Positions 10,491 to 22,650 of a stretch of 64,000 bases of DNA are shown here, one piece after another. The position numbers were made by a program, and so were the translations under genes. The DNA lies in the NCBI GenBank assembly GCA_037925075.1, contig JAXSNR010000002.1, positions 128,001-192,000 on the forward strand, read 5' to 3'. Below the pieces are notes generated by a model that saw only the letters and a list, made by a program, of their open reading frames with translations, made no database searches and had not been told where the DNA came from. This DNA comes from Aquificaceae bacterium (GTDB lineage Bacteria; Aquificota; Aquificia; Aquificales; Aquificaceae). Position 1 is the stretch's first letter. The number at the start of each line of letters is the position of its first letter.

Positions 10491-11366
10491 ATGCTTGACA
10501 TAAAGGAAAGAGACCCACTTAGCAATCTTGTGCTTGAGGTTCTGGATGACCCATCCAAGAAGGAGATGGTTTTTTATCTTCTATGTTATTCACAGCTTGT
10601 GAAGAGAGAGGGAAATCCAAGTGTGGAGCTTGAAAAGTTTCTGTCCTGTGCCTACAGAAACTTCCGGAATGCAAGGAACTACTGGAAAGATGTGCTTGTG
10701 GAGATGAACCTCTTCGTCATATCGGACCTTTATGGGAACATATATGTGGGAAAGGATATATACAGGGTGGAGGAGGGTGGCATATACCTTATAACCATAA
10801 GAAGCGAATATCTTAACCTTCTTGAAATCATAAGTCAGAAAGCTCTAAGAATTTGGAACATACTTAGCAGAACAATCATCTACAGAAAGCACCTAACCGC
10901 ACAAGATGCGGTGGTTATATCAACCATGATGTTCAACGAAGGTCTTTATGAAGAGCTGAAGAGTTATTGTGAAATCTGTGTAGAAAGGTATCCAGCGGAG
11001 AGAAAGTACTTTAACCTGCTATCTAGACTTGCGAGCCTCTATCTTGGTCATGTAAGGCAGACCATTAGGGAATTGAGAGAAATTCATCAAGAAACACAGG
11101 CACTTGGAAATGTATACTATGGGTTTAACCTTCTTAAGCTTAAGAAGGACCTTGAGACCCTAATTAGAAGGGTAGAAACAGGAAGGGCTATAAGCCCACT
11201 AAAGATAGAGTTCATAAGCCAAAAGAGAAAAAGAAAAAGCTGGTTAAGAGCAATTTTCAGTAAGCTTAGAGAAATAGTGAATAAAGTCTTTGGCAGAGAT
11301 GAGGGTAGGTATTTCTTTGAGGGGGGTCTATGTTCAAAGAATTTTCGGACCCAATACACGAGCTGA
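10491..11366 (+). CDS. Hypothetical protein
   Basis: 291 aa ORF with -10-like TATATT 6 nt upstream; overlaps the next gene. Confidence 0.7.
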   Translation: MLDIKERDPLSNLVLEVLDDPSKKEMVFYLLCYSQLVKREGNPSVELEKFLSCAYRNFRNARNYWKDVLVEMNLFVISDLYGNIYVGKDIYRVEEGGIYLITIRSEYLNLLEIISQKALRIWNILSRTIIYRKHLTAQDAVVISTMMFNEGLYEELKSYCEICVERYPAERKYFNLLSRLASLYLGHVRQTIRELREIHQETQALGNVYYGFNLLKLKKDLETLIRRVETGRAISPLKIEFISQKRKRKSWLRAIFSKLREIVNKVFGRDEGRYFFEGGLCSKNFRTQYTS

Positions 11367-12436
11367 TAAAGGCCTACGACTGCGAAATAAAGGTAATAGA
11401 CAGTTTTCCCCTTCAAAGGCTTAGGTTTATAAGTCAGTTGGGTATAGCCTATCTGGTTTTTCCCTCCGCACAGCACAGCAGGTTTGAACACTCTCTTGGT
11501 ACTATGGAGCTTGCTGGGAGAATATACCACAGTCTTGGGCTTAAAGAGGAGAGGCTTTACAAGATTGTAAGGCTTGCGGGTCTTTTGCATGACATTGGAC
11601 ACACGCCCTTTTCTCATACCACTGAGGTTCTTCTTGGAGACAAAAGCCATGAGCAAATTGGGGAAAAAGTGCTTTACGAAGAAGGACTGGCGGACACGCT
11701 TAAAAAATGTGGATACTCTCAAGAAGAAGTTGAGCTCATCGCAGAACTTGCCTTTAGGAAGGGCAATAACCTACCGAATATAATCACCGGGGAGTTCGGA
11801 GCGGACAGGATGGATTACCTCAGAAGAGATGCCTACTTTTGCGGGACTTCTTACGGCTTTTTTGACTACAGCAGGCTTTTGGAAAATATGGTGCTTGTGG
11901 ATGGCAAAAAATGCGTTCATATAAGTGCTCTCAGAGCTTTGGAAAGCTTTGTTCTTGGAAGGTATTTTATGTACTCTCAGGTTTACTTTCATAAGGTGGT
12001 GCGTATACTAAACATACACTTGGAAGAGGCCATTCAAGACTTTTTGGAGAAGGGGCTTTTGAAAGAGGACTTTTACAGAAAAACAGACCACCATATTCTC
12101 CATCTTATGTTGGATAGGTATTTAGAGGAGAAGGTAAGAAGGGTGTTAGGAAGGGAGCATTTTAGAGAGGTCATTTTTACCGCATCAAAGGAGCGGTTTG
12201 AATTTATAAAAGAAAGGCTTTTGGAGAAGTACGAGGAGAGTCTTCTGAGGTTTGACTACGCAAGCAAAAGGGTGTTGGACGAAGACATACCCATATGGGA
12301 TGGACATGAGCTGTTTAGTATAAAAGAGGTGTCTCCTATCGTCGCCTCTTTGGAAAACATAAGGCTTTACAGAATATACGCACATCCAAGCTATAAGGAA
12401 GAGATTAAAGATTATGTTAAGAAGGTATCTAAGTAG
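11330..12436 (+). CDS. HD-domain phosphohydrolase (SAMHD1/dNTPase-like)
   Basis: QRLRFISQLG, HSRFEHSLG, LLHDIGHTPFSH, ADRMDYL.RD, VYFHK. Confidence 0.9.
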   Translation: MFKEFSDPIHELIKAYDCEIKVIDSFPLQRLRFISQLGIAYLVFPSAQHSRFEHSLGTMELAGRIYHSLGLKEERLYKIVRLAGLLHDIGHTPFSHTTEVLLGDKSHEQIGEKVLYEEGLADTLKKCGYSQEEVELIAELAFRKGNNLPNIITGEFGADRMDYLRRDAYFCGTSYGFFDYSRLLENMVLVDGKKCVHISALRALESFVLGRYFMYSQVYFHKVVRILNIHLEEAIQDFLEKGLLKEDFYRKTDHHILHLMLDRYLEEKVRRVLGREHFREVIFTASKERFEFIKERLLEKYEESLLRFDYASKRVLDEDIPIWDGHELFSIKEVSPIVASLENIRLYRIYAHPSYKEEIKDYVKKVSK

Positions 12437-14348
12437 TTCTCGCCTGACCGTCATAATGCTCGTACGCCTTACCTCGCTCGTGGGCATAATGTCTTTGTGG
12501 AATGTAGCAGACCCCATATACTTCTTTGGTTTTTCTCTGCTCTACTTTGTTGGCGTGCCCATGGACATAAGGGCTATATACCCTGTGAGAAGGCTATTCC
12601 TAAACCTTTTTAGTATTGTTTTGACCCTGTACTTTCTATCTTTTCTCAGCTTTGAGGACCTTCTTAAGCCCTTCTCCCATGTGGTGCTCTTGCTTCTTTC
12701 CATAAAGAGCCTTGAGGAGAAAAAGCCCAGAGACCTCTATCAGATGCTTCTTCTGAGCCTGTTTGCGGTGTCCATATCCACTGCTTACAACTTGAGCCTT
12801 GGCTTTCTCTTGGTCTTCCTCCTCCACAGCCTTCTTGGTGTTTCTTCCCTTGTCTTTCTAAACCTATACAGAACCACCGGAGAAAGAAAGCTTGAGCTAT
12901 ATGTATACAGGCATTTTGGTCTATCAAGCCTTACGCTTTTTCTTCTTGTTGCCCTTTTTACCCTCCCCTTTTTCTTCTTCCTTCCAAGAACCCAGACCCC
13001 TCTCTTTGACCTACTTTCCAGAGGTAGCGGTCTCAAAACAGGTCTTGCAGACAGTGTAAGCCTTGGAAAGGTGGGAGAGATACAGGAGGACAACACGGTG
13101 GCTTTTAGAATCTATGGGCTTCCTCAAGGTACAAAAGACCCTTACTGGAGGGCTATGGTCTTTGGAAGCTATGTGAAGAACACATGGGTAAAGGTGAATG
13201 AGGAAGCCTACAGTATGCCCTCAGGAGGTGGGGATATAGTCTATACCCTTGTGCTTGAACCTTCTTATAACAACCTAATACCAGCCCTTGACTATCCACA
13301 CAGAGTCCTAAGCGTAGAGGGTCTACAAGCCAACGCCTACATAACCACGGGAAACACCCTACGCCTTACCAAAGAAATAAGCAGAACCATAAGGGTAAGG
13401 CTAAGTTCTTCAAAAACCCTATGGCTTTGGGAAAACCCGCAAGATTACCTGCAAGTGCCACCAGACATAAGCCCCAACCTAAGAAGGCTTGCCAGCGAAC
13501 TATCCAAAGGTACAAAGGATGATACGGAAAAGCTACAAAGGGTTGTAAAACACTTTTCTAAGGGATACGGCTACACTCTTAAGCTGGAAAAGTACGAGGT
13601 AGACCCCCTCGACTACTTTGTGTTTGTGTCAAAAAAAGGTAACTGCGAGTACTATGCCTCCGCCACAGCTTTACTTTTGAGGCTTATGGGTGTGCCAGCC
13701 AGAGTGGTGGGTGGCTTCAAGGGAGCCCTTTGGAACCCATACGGAGGCTATCACATAGTGACCAACTCCATGGCTCACGTATGGGTAGAAGCATACGTGG
13801 GAGGACAGTGGCTAAGGGTAGACACAACCCCTCCCTATGTATCTCCTGCGGTAAAGGAAATCTCCACCCTTGCCCTCGTAAGGGACTACATAGTGAGCTT
13901 TTGGTATTCCAACATCGTGGGCTACTCCTCAGAAAAGCAGATAAGTCTTTTTAAAAGCATAGGAACAGGTCTGAGGGCGGAGTTGAGGGTGGAAAAACTG
14001 AGGACAAGGCTTGCTCAGATATTTCAAATTTTTCTCTTAGCATCCGCCCTTTATCTTACCCTTTTCCTTTTTCAAAGATGGAGGAAAACTCCAGAGAACC
14101 TTTATCGAAACACTAAAGAATTACTGGTAAAGGAAAAACTAGTACCAAGGGATGCACTCCCAGAAGAGATAATATCCACCTTAAAGAACACAGACCTGCA
14201 CAAGCATGTGAAGTTTATAATCTCCATATATCAAAGATACAGATATTCCCCCTACAAGTTATACTCCGACGAGATAGAGGAAGGTTACAGGATGCTAAAG
14301 AAACTGAAAGACCTTATCCGTAGTTCTCGTCGCTCCGAACCCTTATGA
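12414..14348 (+). CDS. Membrane transglutaminase-like protein (DUF3488/TgpA type)
   Basis: N-terminal TM helices; [15 protein letters not shown] and W.RVDTTP form the Cys-His-Asp triad. Confidence 0.88.
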   Translation: MLRRYLSSSRLTVIMLVRLTSLVGIMSLWNVADPIYFFGFSLLYFVGVPMDIRAIYPVRRLFLNLFSIVLTLYFLSFLSFEDLLKPFSHVVLLLLSIKSLEEKKPRDLYQMLLLSLFAVSISTAYNLSLGFLLVFLLHSLLGVSSLVFLNLYRTTGERKLELYVYRHFGLSSLTLFLLVALFTLPFFFFLPRTQTPLFDLLSRGSGLKTGLADSVSLGKVGEIQEDNTVAFRIYGLPQGTKDPYWRAMVFGSYVKNTWVKVNEEAYSMPSGGGDIVYTLVLEPSYNNLIPALDYPHRVLSVEGLQANAYITTGNTLRLTKEISRTIRVRLSSSKTLWLWENPQDYLQVPPDISPNLRRLASELSKGTKDDTEKLQRVVKHFSKGYGYTLKLEKYEVDPLDYFVFVSKKGNCEYYASATALLLRLMGVPARVVGGFKGALWNPYGGYHIVTNSMAHVWVEAYVGGQWLRVDTTPPYVSPAVKEISTLALVRDYIVSFWYSNIVGYSSEKQISLFKSIGTGLRAELRVEKLRTRLAQIFQIFLLASALYLTLFLFQRWRKTPENLYRNTKELLVKEKLVPRDALPEEIISTLKNTDLHKHVKFIISIYQRYRYSPYKLYSDEIEEGYRMLKKLKDLIRSSRRSEPL

Positions 14349-14694
14349 GAGTATGCACATTACCCCTTGGGTTGAAATCTCCAATCACCTCAAGAAACCT
14401 AGGTTTTAAAGTTTCGTACAAAGCGGTGTATATCTCGTTGGTTGCCTGCTCATGAGAAATGTAGCGGTTTCTAAACTTGTTAAGCCAAAGCTTTAAAGAC
14501 CTAAGCTCTATTATGTACTTGTCAGGTATGTATCTTATCTTTATAGTCGCATAGTCAGGATAGCCAGACCGAGGGCAAAGGCAAGAAAACTCGGGAAAGG
14601 TTATTTCAATCATGTAGTTTCTCTCGGGTGTAGGATTTTCCCAAGGCTCAAGCTGAGCCTCTTCTATGGCAATCTCTCCGTACTTTTTCTCCAT
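14314..14694 (-). CDS. queF: NADPH-dependent preQ0 reductase
   Basis: [28 protein letters not shown]. Confidence 0.95.
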   Translation of the reverse strand: MEKKYGEIAIEEAQLEPWENPTPERNYMIEITFPEFSCLCPRSGYPDYATIKIRYIPDKYIIELRSLKLWLNKFRNRYISHEQATNEIYTALYETLKPRFLEVIGDFNPRGNVHTLIRVRSDENYG

Positions 14695-14696
14695 GT

Positions 14697-15986
14697 CTAA
14701 TAACTTAAGCTTGTGGCTTGTTTTCTGTCAAGTTTTTGGCATTTCAAAAGCACATACACGCCATCAAACTCCCTTCCTTTTAGAATAGGTACGCATTGAG
14801 GAAATTCCTTAAGGTATTTCTCCTTTGTTATCAAAAGGCCAGTAGCCTTTTGTGAGTCTTCCAACTTTTCTATGCATCTTTGGGAATAAAAGACCAAAGC
14901 GGAGTCCTCAGCCCTGTAAAAGTATGCGGATCCTTGGTAGGCTTTTACTATGGAGTAAGCTTTTGGCGTAAACCTTTCCTTTTCGTAAAGGTACAAGGCT
15001 AAGGTAAGCACAAAGACTGAAGCGATGGAGATTCCCAGCACCCTTTTAAGATAGCCATCTTTTACCACATGAGCCAGCATTATGGCTACGGGCGGGTATG
15101 AAAGAAGTATGTAATGGTGTAGCCTGTTTTTGGCAAGGCTAAAGAAGATAAGAACAAGGGAAAACCACAGCAAAAGGGGAAGCCATTCCCTCCTAAAGTT
15201 TTTTACAAGTTTTGGATAAAAGGGAATGTACCAAAGGGTAGCCACCACAAGGACAAGAAGGTAGTAGTAAAGGGGTGCAGTATGGGTAGACCTTTGCCCT
15301 GTGTACCTCATTAGGTTTTCGTAGATGAAAAACCTATAAAAGTACTCATAACCATGTTGGAATATCATAAGACCATACCAAGAAAAACCTATCAGGATGA
15401 AGAGAAGAAGGCCGGCGGGCTTTACAAAATCAAGCCTCCTTTTCCACAGAAGGTATATACCAACAGAAAGCATCACGCCTACGGGTCCCTTTGTAAGGAA
15501 GGCAAAAGCAAGGGCAACCCAGCCAAGAATAAACCTCTCTCTCAAAAAGGAATACAGACCAAGCATGGCAAAAAGGGTGTTTAACATCTCTGGAACCACA
15601 GCCCTCGCTTCAATCCACAGGTGAGGGAAAGTCATAAGAAGGAAAGCGGACCTTATGGCAGTATCCTTGGAGATAAAGTCTTTGGCTATCAGATATGTAA
15701 GCAAAACCACACCCAAGGCGGAAAGACCAGAAACAAGCCTTGCGGAAAACTCGTTGGGACCAAAGAGGTAGGAGGAAAGGGCTACCATCCAATAGAGCAT
15801 GGGAGGCTTTTCAAACCTTGGCTGACAGTTGTACAGTGGGGAAACAAAATCTTTGCCTTTTAACATATTTCGCACCGCGTCCATGTTCCTGCCTTCATCA
15901 AGGGAGGTAAAGGAAAGAACCCAATTACCAAAGAGGAAAAGGAAAAGAGAAAGGGTCAAAATATAAGGCATACCAAAAGGAAACAT
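14697..15986 (-). CDS. ArnT/PMT-like (GT83) membrane glycosyltransferase
   Basis: [26 protein letters not shown]; many TM segments. Confidence 0.85.
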   Translation of the reverse strand: MFPFGMPYILTLSLFLFLFGNWVLSFTSLDEGRNMDAVRNMLKGKDFVSPLYNCQPRFEKPPMLYWMVALSSYLFGPNEFSARLVSGLSALGVVLLTYLIAKDFISKDTAIRSAFLLMTFPHLWIEARAVVPEMLNTLFAMLGLYSFLRERFILGWVALAFAFLTKGPVGVMLSVGIYLLWKRRLDFVKPAGLLLFILIGFSWYGLMIFQHGYEYFYRFFIYENLMRYTGQRSTHTAPLYYYLLVLVVATLWYIPFYPKLVKNFRREWLPLLLWFSLVLIFFSLAKNRLHHYILLSYPPVAIMLAHVVKDGYLKRVLGISIASVFVLTLALYLYEKERFTPKAYSIVKAYQGSAYFYRAEDSALVFYSQRCIEKLEDSQKATGLLITKEKYLKEFPQCVPILKGREFDGVYVLLKCQKLDRKQATSLSY

Positions 15987-16459
15987 ACCACACCTATAGA
16001 CCAGCCAGCAATAACATCCAGTGGGAAATGGACACCCATATAAATCCTGCCATAGCCTATAAGGAGAGGGTAAGCTACTATCAAAGGTTTGAGAAGATTG
16101 GGAAATGTTTCAAAAAGACATAGGGCTATTGTCATGGCCATGGCGGAATCTCCAGAGGGGAAGGACTTTAGGCTAAGCCTTTCAAGAAGATAAACATCTT
16201 TAAAAACCGCAGAGGGCCTTTTTACCCTAAGGGTGTACTTAAAAGCCTTGACCACAAGAGTCTGCAAAGACATGGCAATAAGGTACTTTACAAGGCGTGG
16301 GTCGTGCAAGGCAAAAAGGACAAAGCCCACAAAAACACCAAACCAACCCTTTCCAAGAAGGTAAAAGTGCTTGTAAAAGACATCAATAAGGGGATGTCTG
16401 CTGTGATTTATGAGATAAAAAAGTCTGTAATTGAGAGGAAAGTTTTCTATGTTTATCAT
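15956..16459 (-). CDS. PAP2 family membrane phosphatase (LpxE/PgpB-like)
   Basis: KxxxxxxRP, SFPSGD and GRIYMGVHFPLD motifs. Confidence 0.9.
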   Translation of the reverse strand: MINIENFPLNYRLFYLINHSRHPLIDVFYKHFYLLGKGWFGVFVGFVLFALHDPRLVKYLIAMSLQTLVVKAFKYTLRVKRPSAVFKDVYLLERLSLKSFPSGDSAMAMTIALCLFETFPNLLKPLIVAYPLLIGYGRIYMGVHFPLDVIAGWSIGVVCFLLVCLIF

Positions 16460-16881
16460 GTATACTTGTAAACTATCTTACCCCTTTGGACCTCCTCCGG
16501 CACCAAGACCACTTTTTGATCGCTCATGAAGGATACAAAACCCTCTATAAGTCCCGCAAAGAAGTAAATTACGGGAGAATTTATAAGGTCTTCACCCACT
16601 ATGGCATCGGTAAATATGTCCTCTTCCGCAATAACTTTTCCTTCTTCCTTTCTTATGGATTTGGAAAATCCAAGGTCTTCAAGGATTATACATGCACGCC
16701 TAAGTGCCTCTTCCTTGTTCAACGTCTCGGGGAAATGTCCTATGAGGCTTTCTAACAGTCTGGGTCCCGCTTGCCTACCCGCATCACGCATGACAGCCTT
16801 GGCTCCTTTGTCTCCTATAAGGTTTTTAACACCTTCCGCCATGTTAACTATAGCAAGAAGTAGAATGTCAGAATCCACCAT
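16456..16881 (-). CDS. Hypothetical protein, V4R/H-NOX-fold-like
   Basis: GGAGGAGGG SD before ATG 16881; 'G..GAKAVMR.AG..AG' and 'YFFAGLIEG' patterns. Confidence 0.6.
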   Translation of the reverse strand: MVDSDILLLAIVNMAEGVKNLIGDKGAKAVMRDAGRQAGPRLLESLIGHFPETLNKEEALRRACIILEDLGFSKSIRKEEGKVIAEEDIFTDAIVGEDLINSPVIYFFAGLIEGFVSFMSDQKVVLVPEEVQRGKIVYKYT

Positions 16882-16962
16882 ATCTTCACCCTCCTCCCCA
16901 AATTTTAGCATATCCTTTATGATTTAGCTATCATAGATGCTTATATATTCTATAAGACTGGC

Positions 16963-18327
16963 TTAACCTACCGATTCGTAAATCCTTTTTCTAAACTTGG
17001 CATCCAAAGAGCGCGCGAGCTCTTCTGTTTTTTTCATATCCACACCCTCATAATCCACTGCGGTGGCAACCACTTCAAAGCCTTCCTTTACCGCTTCCTT
17101 TATAAACTCCACCACTTTTTGAAAAGCTTCCGACTGAGCGGGCCTACAAACCCTGTCGTAGGTTTCTTTGTCTGGAGCGTTAAGGCTCACAGACCACACA
17201 TCCACAAGACCCTTTAGCTCTTTAAGTTTTTCCTTTGGTAAAAAGGTAAACATGAGGCCGTTTGTGTCCACGCGGACCTTTCCACCCTTTTCCTTTACCC
17301 ACTTGGCTATCTCTTTTAGGGCGGAAAACCTAAGGGTTGGCTCACCATAGCCACAGAAGACTATCTCCTCGTACCTTTTTGGGTCTCCTATCTCCCTTAT
17401 AACCTCCTCCACAGAAGGGTCTCTTGAAACCCATACCCAGTGGCCCTTTACCATAAAGTTCCTTTCCCTTTCCCTCTGGCAGAAGGCACAGTGAAGGTTG
17501 CACTTGTTTGTGAGGTTTATATAAAGCTTGTTGTTTATCTTGTAGGTTATGGTCTCCTTATGGCCGTTGATGGAGAGGTTAAAAAGGAGTTTGGCGTTCT
17601 CTGAGGTCATCCTGTCTATATCTTCGTAGCTACAGTTGGGCACAAGCTGTGCCATTACCTGTGCGGTGTGGCGTATGTAGGGTGGTTTGTTGGGCTTGCC
17701 ACGCACAGGCTGGGGTGCAAGAAAGGGTGCATCTGTTTCTATAAGTAGTCTGTAGGTGGGTGTTTTCTTTACTACTTCCCTTAGCTCTTGGGCGTTGGGG
17801 TAGGTGATGATGCCCGAGTAGGATATATAAAAGCCCAAGTCCACGCAAGCCTTCATAAACTGGTAAGAACCGGTAAAGCAGTGCATAACTCCACCTACTT
17901 CGTAAGCTTTTTCTTCTTTTAGAATTCTTAGGGTTTCCTCTTCCGCATTCCTTGAATGCACCACTATGGGAAGTCCAAGCTCTCTGGCTATGGCTATCTG
18001 TTTTCTAAAGGTATCTTCTTGCCTTTTCCTGTCGGAATAGTCCTTGTAAAAGTCCAGTCCCATCTCACCAAGGGCTTTTACCTTTGAGTGCTTTTGTGCT
18101 AGCTCCTTCAGCCAAAGGAGGTCTTCATCTCTTACCTTGTACGCCTCATGGGGATGAAAGCCCACCGCACAAAAAACATGAGAGTGTTCCTCTGAGAGTC
18201 TTATGGCGTTTCTTATGGTTTTTCTGTCGTAGCCCACAGTTATAAGGTACTCTAACTCCCTGTCTTGAAGGGTCTCCTCAAGGTCTTCCCTCTTTAAAAG
18301 GTCCAAATGGCAATGGGTGTCTATCAT
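16963..18327 (-). CDS. TatD-family nuclease fused to a radical SAM domain
   Basis: IDTHCH, GEMGLD, HSR, HCF and ETDAP (TatD), followed by CNLHCAFC and FCGYGEP (radical SAM). Confidence 0.92.
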   Translation of the reverse strand: MIDTHCHLDLLKREDLEETLQDRELEYLITVGYDRKTIRNAIRLSEEHSHVFCAVGFHPHEAYKVRDEDLLWLKELAQKHSKVKALGEMGLDFYKDYSDRKRQEDTFRKQIAIARELGLPIVVHSRNAEEETLRILKEEKAYEVGGVMHCFTGSYQFMKACVDLGFYISYSGIITYPNAQELREVVKKTPTYRLLIETDAPFLAPQPVRGKPNKPPYIRHTAQVMAQLVPNCSYEDIDRMTSENAKLLFNLSINGHKETITYKINNKLYINLTNKCNLHCAFCQRERERNFMVKGHWVWVSRDPSVEEVIREIGDPKRYEEIVFCGYGEPTLRFSALKEIAKWVKEKGGKVRVDTNGLMFTFLPKEKLKELKGLVDVWSVSLNAPDKETYDRVCRPAQSEAFQKVVEFIKEAVKEGFEVVATAVDYEGVDMKKTEELARSLDAKFRKRIYESVG

Positions 18328-18374
18328 AGTGGTAAAAAAAATAGCAGTCTATAAGGGCTTTTCAATGGCTCTTA

Positions 18375-20357
18375 TCATAGGCTAAAGTGTTCCTTTATCC
18401 TTTTGACTATTTTTTCTGCGGTAAAGCCGAAGTGCTCCATAAGAACTTCTCCCGGTGCGGACTTTCCAAAGGTCTCAAGGCTTATAACAAGGCCCTCAAG
18501 CCCCACATACCTGTACCAACAAAGACCCCTTCCTGCTTCTACCGCCACCCTTTTCCTCACCTCCGCTGGCAATAATGCCCTTTTGTACTCTTCTTCCTGC
18601 CCCTCAAAGACTTCAAAACTGAACATATTCACAACTCTAACCTTTAGGCCCTCTTCCCTTAAGATTTCACCCGCCCTTAGGGCTGGATGTACCTCCGAAC
18701 CGCTGGCAAGTATAAGAAGATCCGGAAGCCCTTCACAATCAAGAAGTGTGTAAGCACCCTTTTTGACGCCTTCCGCGGATGAGTACTTGGACCTGTCTAT
18801 AAGAGGAAGCTTCTGTCTTGTAAGCACGAGGGCTGTTGGTCCCTCCTTTCTCTGGATTGCCATGTCCCAAGCTATTGCGGTCTCATTGGCATCCGCGGGC
18901 CTTAGCACCCAGAGGTTTGGAATAAGCCTCAAAGAGGAGAGCTGCTCCACAGGCTGATGGGTTGGTCCATCTTCACCAAGGCCAATTGAGTCGTGGGTAA
19001 AAACATATATAGCCTGAAGTCTTGACATGCTGGCAAGCCTTATGGATGGCCTCATGTAGTCGGAAAAGACCAAAAAGGTGCCTCCGTAGGGTAGTATGCC
19101 TCCGTGGTATGCCATGCCGTTGAGGATTGTCCCCATGGCATGCTCTCTTACACCAAAATGTAGGTTTCTTCCGGTGGGATTGTCCGCGGAAAAATCACCC
19201 ATGCCATGCAAGTAGGTGTTGTTTGACTCCGAAAGGTCCGCAGAGCCTCCGAAAAGAGTAGGCATGTGTGGTGTTATGGCGTTTAGCACCTTACCGCTTG
19301 CCTGACGGGTTGCCATGGCCTCTGTGAAAACCGGTATGTGCCTTCTGTACTCTTCTCCCCAGCCCCTTTTAAAAGCCCTCAAAAGCTCCTCCGCAAGGTT
19401 AGGGTAGGCTTGACGGTAAGCGTCAAAAAGCCTGTTCCATTCTTCTTCAAGCTCCACACCTCTTTTTATCTTCTCCTCCCTGTAAGCAAAAACCTCCTCA
19501 GGTACATAAAAATCCTCCTCTGGCCAGCCAAAATTCCTCTTTGTCTTAAGGGCATTTTCTCTACCGAGAGGTGCACCATGAACGCTGGCATCATCCTGCT
19601 TTGGAGACCCATAACCAAGATGCGTTCTTACGGATATAAAAGAGGGTCTTTCCTTTTGAGCCATAGCCCTCCTTATGGCTTCTTCTATCTTCTGTAAGTT
19701 GTACCCATCTTCTATATGCTGTACATACCAACCGAAGGCTTCAAACCTTTTGCAGACATCCTCAGACCAAGCAAGGGATGTGGGACCATCTATAGAAACT
19801 TTGTTGTTGTCCCAGAGGACTATGAGCTTGTTTAGCCTCCAGTGTCCCGCAAGCTCTCCCACCTCACAAGAGATGCCCTCCATTAGATCCCCATCGCTCA
19901 CCAAGACAAAGGTGTAATGGTCTATTATGGGAAAGCCTTCTCTGTTGAAGTATGACGCAAGATACTTTTCCGCAAGAGCCATTCCTACCGCATTGCCTAT
20001 GCCCTGTCCAAGGGGTCCCGTGGTGGCTTCTACGCCCGGTGTAAGGAAACTTTCGGGATGTCCTGGGGTTATGCTGTTGAGCTGTCTGAAGTTCTTTAGG
20101 TCTTCCAGTGCAATCTCGTAGCCCATAACAAAGAGAAGTGAATAGAGCATGGCACTGGCATGCCCTGCGGATAGCACAAAGCGGTCCCTGTTTATCCACT
20201 TGGGATTTTTGGGGTTGAACCTCAAAAATCTGTCAAAGATAAGGTAGGCTATGTGGCTTGCACCAAGGGGCATGCCCGGATGCCCAGACTTTGCCCTCTC
20301 CACCTGATCCACACTTAAAAACCTGATAGTGTTTATAAGAAGCTCATCCCTACTCAT
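18375..20357 (-). CDS. tkt: Transketolase
   Basis: [46 protein letters not shown] overlaps the metE stop (ATGA). Confidence 0.97.
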   Translation of the reverse strand: MSRDELLINTIRFLSVDQVERAKSGHPGMPLGASHIAYLIFDRFLRFNPKNPKWINRDRFVLSAGHASAMLYSLLFVMGYEIALEDLKNFRQLNSITPGHPESFLTPGVEATTGPLGQGIGNAVGMALAEKYLASYFNREGFPIIDHYTFVLVSDGDLMEGISCEVGELAGHWRLNKLIVLWDNNKVSIDGPTSLAWSEDVCKRFEAFGWYVQHIEDGYNLQKIEEAIRRAMAQKERPSFISVRTHLGYGSPKQDDASVHGAPLGRENALKTKRNFGWPEEDFYVPEEVFAYREEKIKRGVELEEEWNRLFDAYRQAYPNLAEELLRAFKRGWGEEYRRHIPVFTEAMATRQASGKVLNAITPHMPTLFGGSADLSESNNTYLHGMGDFSADNPTGRNLHFGVREHAMGTILNGMAYHGGILPYGGTFLVFSDYMRPSIRLASMSRLQAIYVFTHDSIGLGEDGPTHQPVEQLSSLRLIPNLWVLRPADANETAIAWDMAIQRKEGPTALVLTRQKLPLIDRSKYSSAEGVKKGAYTLLDCEGLPDLLILASGSEVHPALRAGEILREEGLKVRVVNMFSFEVFEGQEEEYKRALLPAEVRKRVAVEAGRGLCWYRYVGLEGLVISLETFGKSAPGEVLMEHFGFTAEKIVKRIKEHFSL

Positions 20358-22630
20358 GCCTGAACAAGCTCTTTTCTTAGTTCTTGAGCTACCTCCACCA
20401 TGTTTTTCAGTGAGGGAAGTACCTCTTCCCATCTTCTTGTCTTTAGACCACAGTCAGGGTTTACCCACAGAAGCTCCACAGGCAAAACCTTCATAGCCCT
20501 TTCCAACACAGCCCTGATTTGCTCCTTTGTAGGTATGGCGGGAGAGTGGATATCGTACACACCTATGCCTATCTGCCTGTCCCAACCCTTGAAGCCTTCA
20601 AAGGCTGAAAGGATCTCACCTTTGCTTCTGGACGCTTCTATGGATATCACGTCAAAGTCCATCTGATAGATGTATTCCAGCACATCGTTAAAATCACTGT
20701 AGCACATATGGGTGTGTATTTGGTTTTCTGGCTTAGCCTTGGAGCATAGCCTAAAGGCTTTTACAGCCCAGTCAAAGTACTCTGGCCAATCCCTTCTCTT
20801 GAGAGGTGCCCCTTCCCTAAAGGCTGGCTCGTCAATCTGAACAACCTTTATGCCCGCCCTTTCAAGGTCCTTAACCTCCTCAAGCAAAGCCAAGGCGATC
20901 TGATAGGCTATTTCTCTTTTTGGTATATCTTCTCTGTAGTAGCTCCAGTTTAGTATGGTTACAGGCCCTGTTAGCATGCCCTTTACAGGCTTTTCTGTCA
21001 AAGACTGGGCATAGCTTATCTCCTCTACAGTCATAGGCTTAGGTCTATAAACATCGCCGTATATGATGGGTGGTCTGTAGACCCTTGAGCCATAAGAAAG
21101 TACCCAGCCGTGCCTTGTGGTGGCAATGCCCTCCAACTTTTGGGCAAAGAACTCCACCATGTCCGTCCTTTCAAACTCACCGTGCACCAACACATCAAGC
21201 CCAATCTCCTCCTGAACCCTTATCACATGCTCTATCTGTTTTCTTATAAACTCCTTGTATTCCTCTTCCGTAATCTTGCCAGAGGTGTACGCATTTCTTG
21301 TTTTTCTTACCTCTTCCGTCTGTGGGAAAGAGCCTATGGTGGTGGTAGGAAAAAGGGGAAGCCCTAAAAGGTCTTGCTGAAGCCTTATCCTTTCTGAATA
21401 TGGCACCTCCCTTTCAAAGTCAGAGGTACTAAGAGATGCGACCCTTTTCCTTACCTCTTCCTTTACCCCAAAGGCTTGTTTGGAAAGCCTTTCTGAGTAT
21501 TCTACCTCCTTAAGAGCTTCTTCGTCCCCCTCTAAGGCTCTTTTTAAGGTTTTTAGTTCTCTTAGCTTTTCCTTCGCAAAGGAAAGCCTTTCCTTTAGAC
21601 CTTCTGGCAGGCTGTCCTCTGGCTCCACGCTCACAGGAAGATGGAAAAGGGGGCACGAGTTAGAGATGATAAGGTCTTTGCTAATTTTGGCAAGCTCCTC
21701 CACAAGGCTTAGCTTTTCTCTTAGGTTTGCCCTCCATACGTTCCTACCGTTTATTATGCCCGCTATAAGAGTTTTGCCTTCTGGAAAGCCCTCTTTTCTT
21801 ATGTTTTCAAGGTTTTCTCCGTTGGAAACGAGGTCAAAGCCCAAAGCCTTCACAGGAAGCTCCACAAACCTCCTGTAGTCAGAAACGCTGTCGTAGTAGG
21901 TTATCACAAAAAGGTCCGCATATTTGCTTAGACAGTTATAAGCTTCATGCACCAGATCCCACTCCCATTCCCCCATCTCAAGGCAAAGGGCTGGGTCTTC
22001 CATCATCACCACCTGAGCACCTGCGGACCTAAGGCTTTTGAGGAGCTCTTCATACGCTGGAAAGACTGCGTTCAGGTATTCTTCAAAATCCTCACGTCCT
22101 TCTATCTTTGCAAGCTCATAAAGGGGCAATCCAGCTGTTTCGGACTTCCTTAGCACCTTAGAAAGCTTCAAAAAGGTATATGGTGCTACAACTTTGGGAA
22201 TTGGGTTGTAGCCCTTTTCTTTAAGGTATATGTACTCTTCAAGGGGTATGTTCTTAAAAAGGCTAAAGCTTTTACCTTCCAACTCTGGCACAAGGTAGTG
22301 GTAATTGGTGTTAAAGTACTTGGTCATCTCAAGAGCCTGACCACCCCTTGCCATCTGAAAGTAGGTCTGCACGCCTTGGTACTCTCCAAACCTTTTAGGA
22401 ATTGCACCAAGGGTTATAGCCATATCCAACATAAAGTCATAGTAAGAAAGCTCTCCCGATGGGAAAAGGTCCGCATGTTGGCTACAAAGCCCAGCCATCC
22501 ACGTCTTTAGGGAATCCATCCCATCTATAAAATCCCTCTCCGATATCTTTCCCTTCCAGAAATCCTCAAGGAGACTCTTAAACTCCCTTTTCTCTCCCAA
22601 CTTTGGAAAGCCGTAGGTAAGTGTTTTCAT
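20354..22630 (-). CDS. metE: Cobalamin-independent methionine synthase
   Basis: [49 protein letters not shown]. Confidence 0.97.
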   Translation of the reverse strand: MKTLTYGFPKLGEKREFKSLLEDFWKGKISERDFIDGMDSLKTWMAGLCSQHADLFPSGELSYYDFMLDMAITLGAIPKRFGEYQGVQTYFQMARGGQALEMTKYFNTNYHYLVPELEGKSFSLFKNIPLEEYIYLKEKGYNPIPKVVAPYTFLKLSKVLRKSETAGLPLYELAKIEGREDFEEYLNAVFPAYEELLKSLRSAGAQVVMMEDPALCLEMGEWEWDLVHEAYNCLSKYADLFVITYYDSVSDYRRFVELPVKALGFDLVSNGENLENIRKEGFPEGKTLIAGIINGRNVWRANLREKLSLVEELAKISKDLIISNSCPLFHLPVSVEPEDSLPEGLKERLSFAKEKLRELKTLKRALEGDEEALKEVEYSERLSKQAFGVKEEVRKRVASLSTSDFEREVPYSERIRLQQDLLGLPLFPTTTIGSFPQTEEVRKTRNAYTSGKITEEEYKEFIRKQIEHVIRVQEEIGLDVLVHGEFERTDMVEFFAQKLEGIATTRHGWVLSYGSRVYRPPIIYGDVYRPKPMTVEEISYAQSLTEKPVKGMLTGPVTILNWSYYREDIPKREIAYQIALALLEEVKDLERAGIKVVQIDEPAFREGAPLKRRDWPEYFDWAVKAFRLCSKAKPENQIHTHMCYSDFNDVLEYIYQMDFDVISIEASRSKGEILSAFEGFKGWDRQIGIGVYDIHSPAIPTKEQIRAVLERAMKVLPVELLWVNPDCGLKTRRWEEVLPSLKNMVEVAQELRKELVQA

Positions 22631-22650
22631 GATAGGCACCTCCAGATTTT

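Noticed and set aside
20358..20432. Longer transketolase start
   Set aside because: Overlaps metE; the ATGA-coupled start at 20357 gives the typical N-terminus
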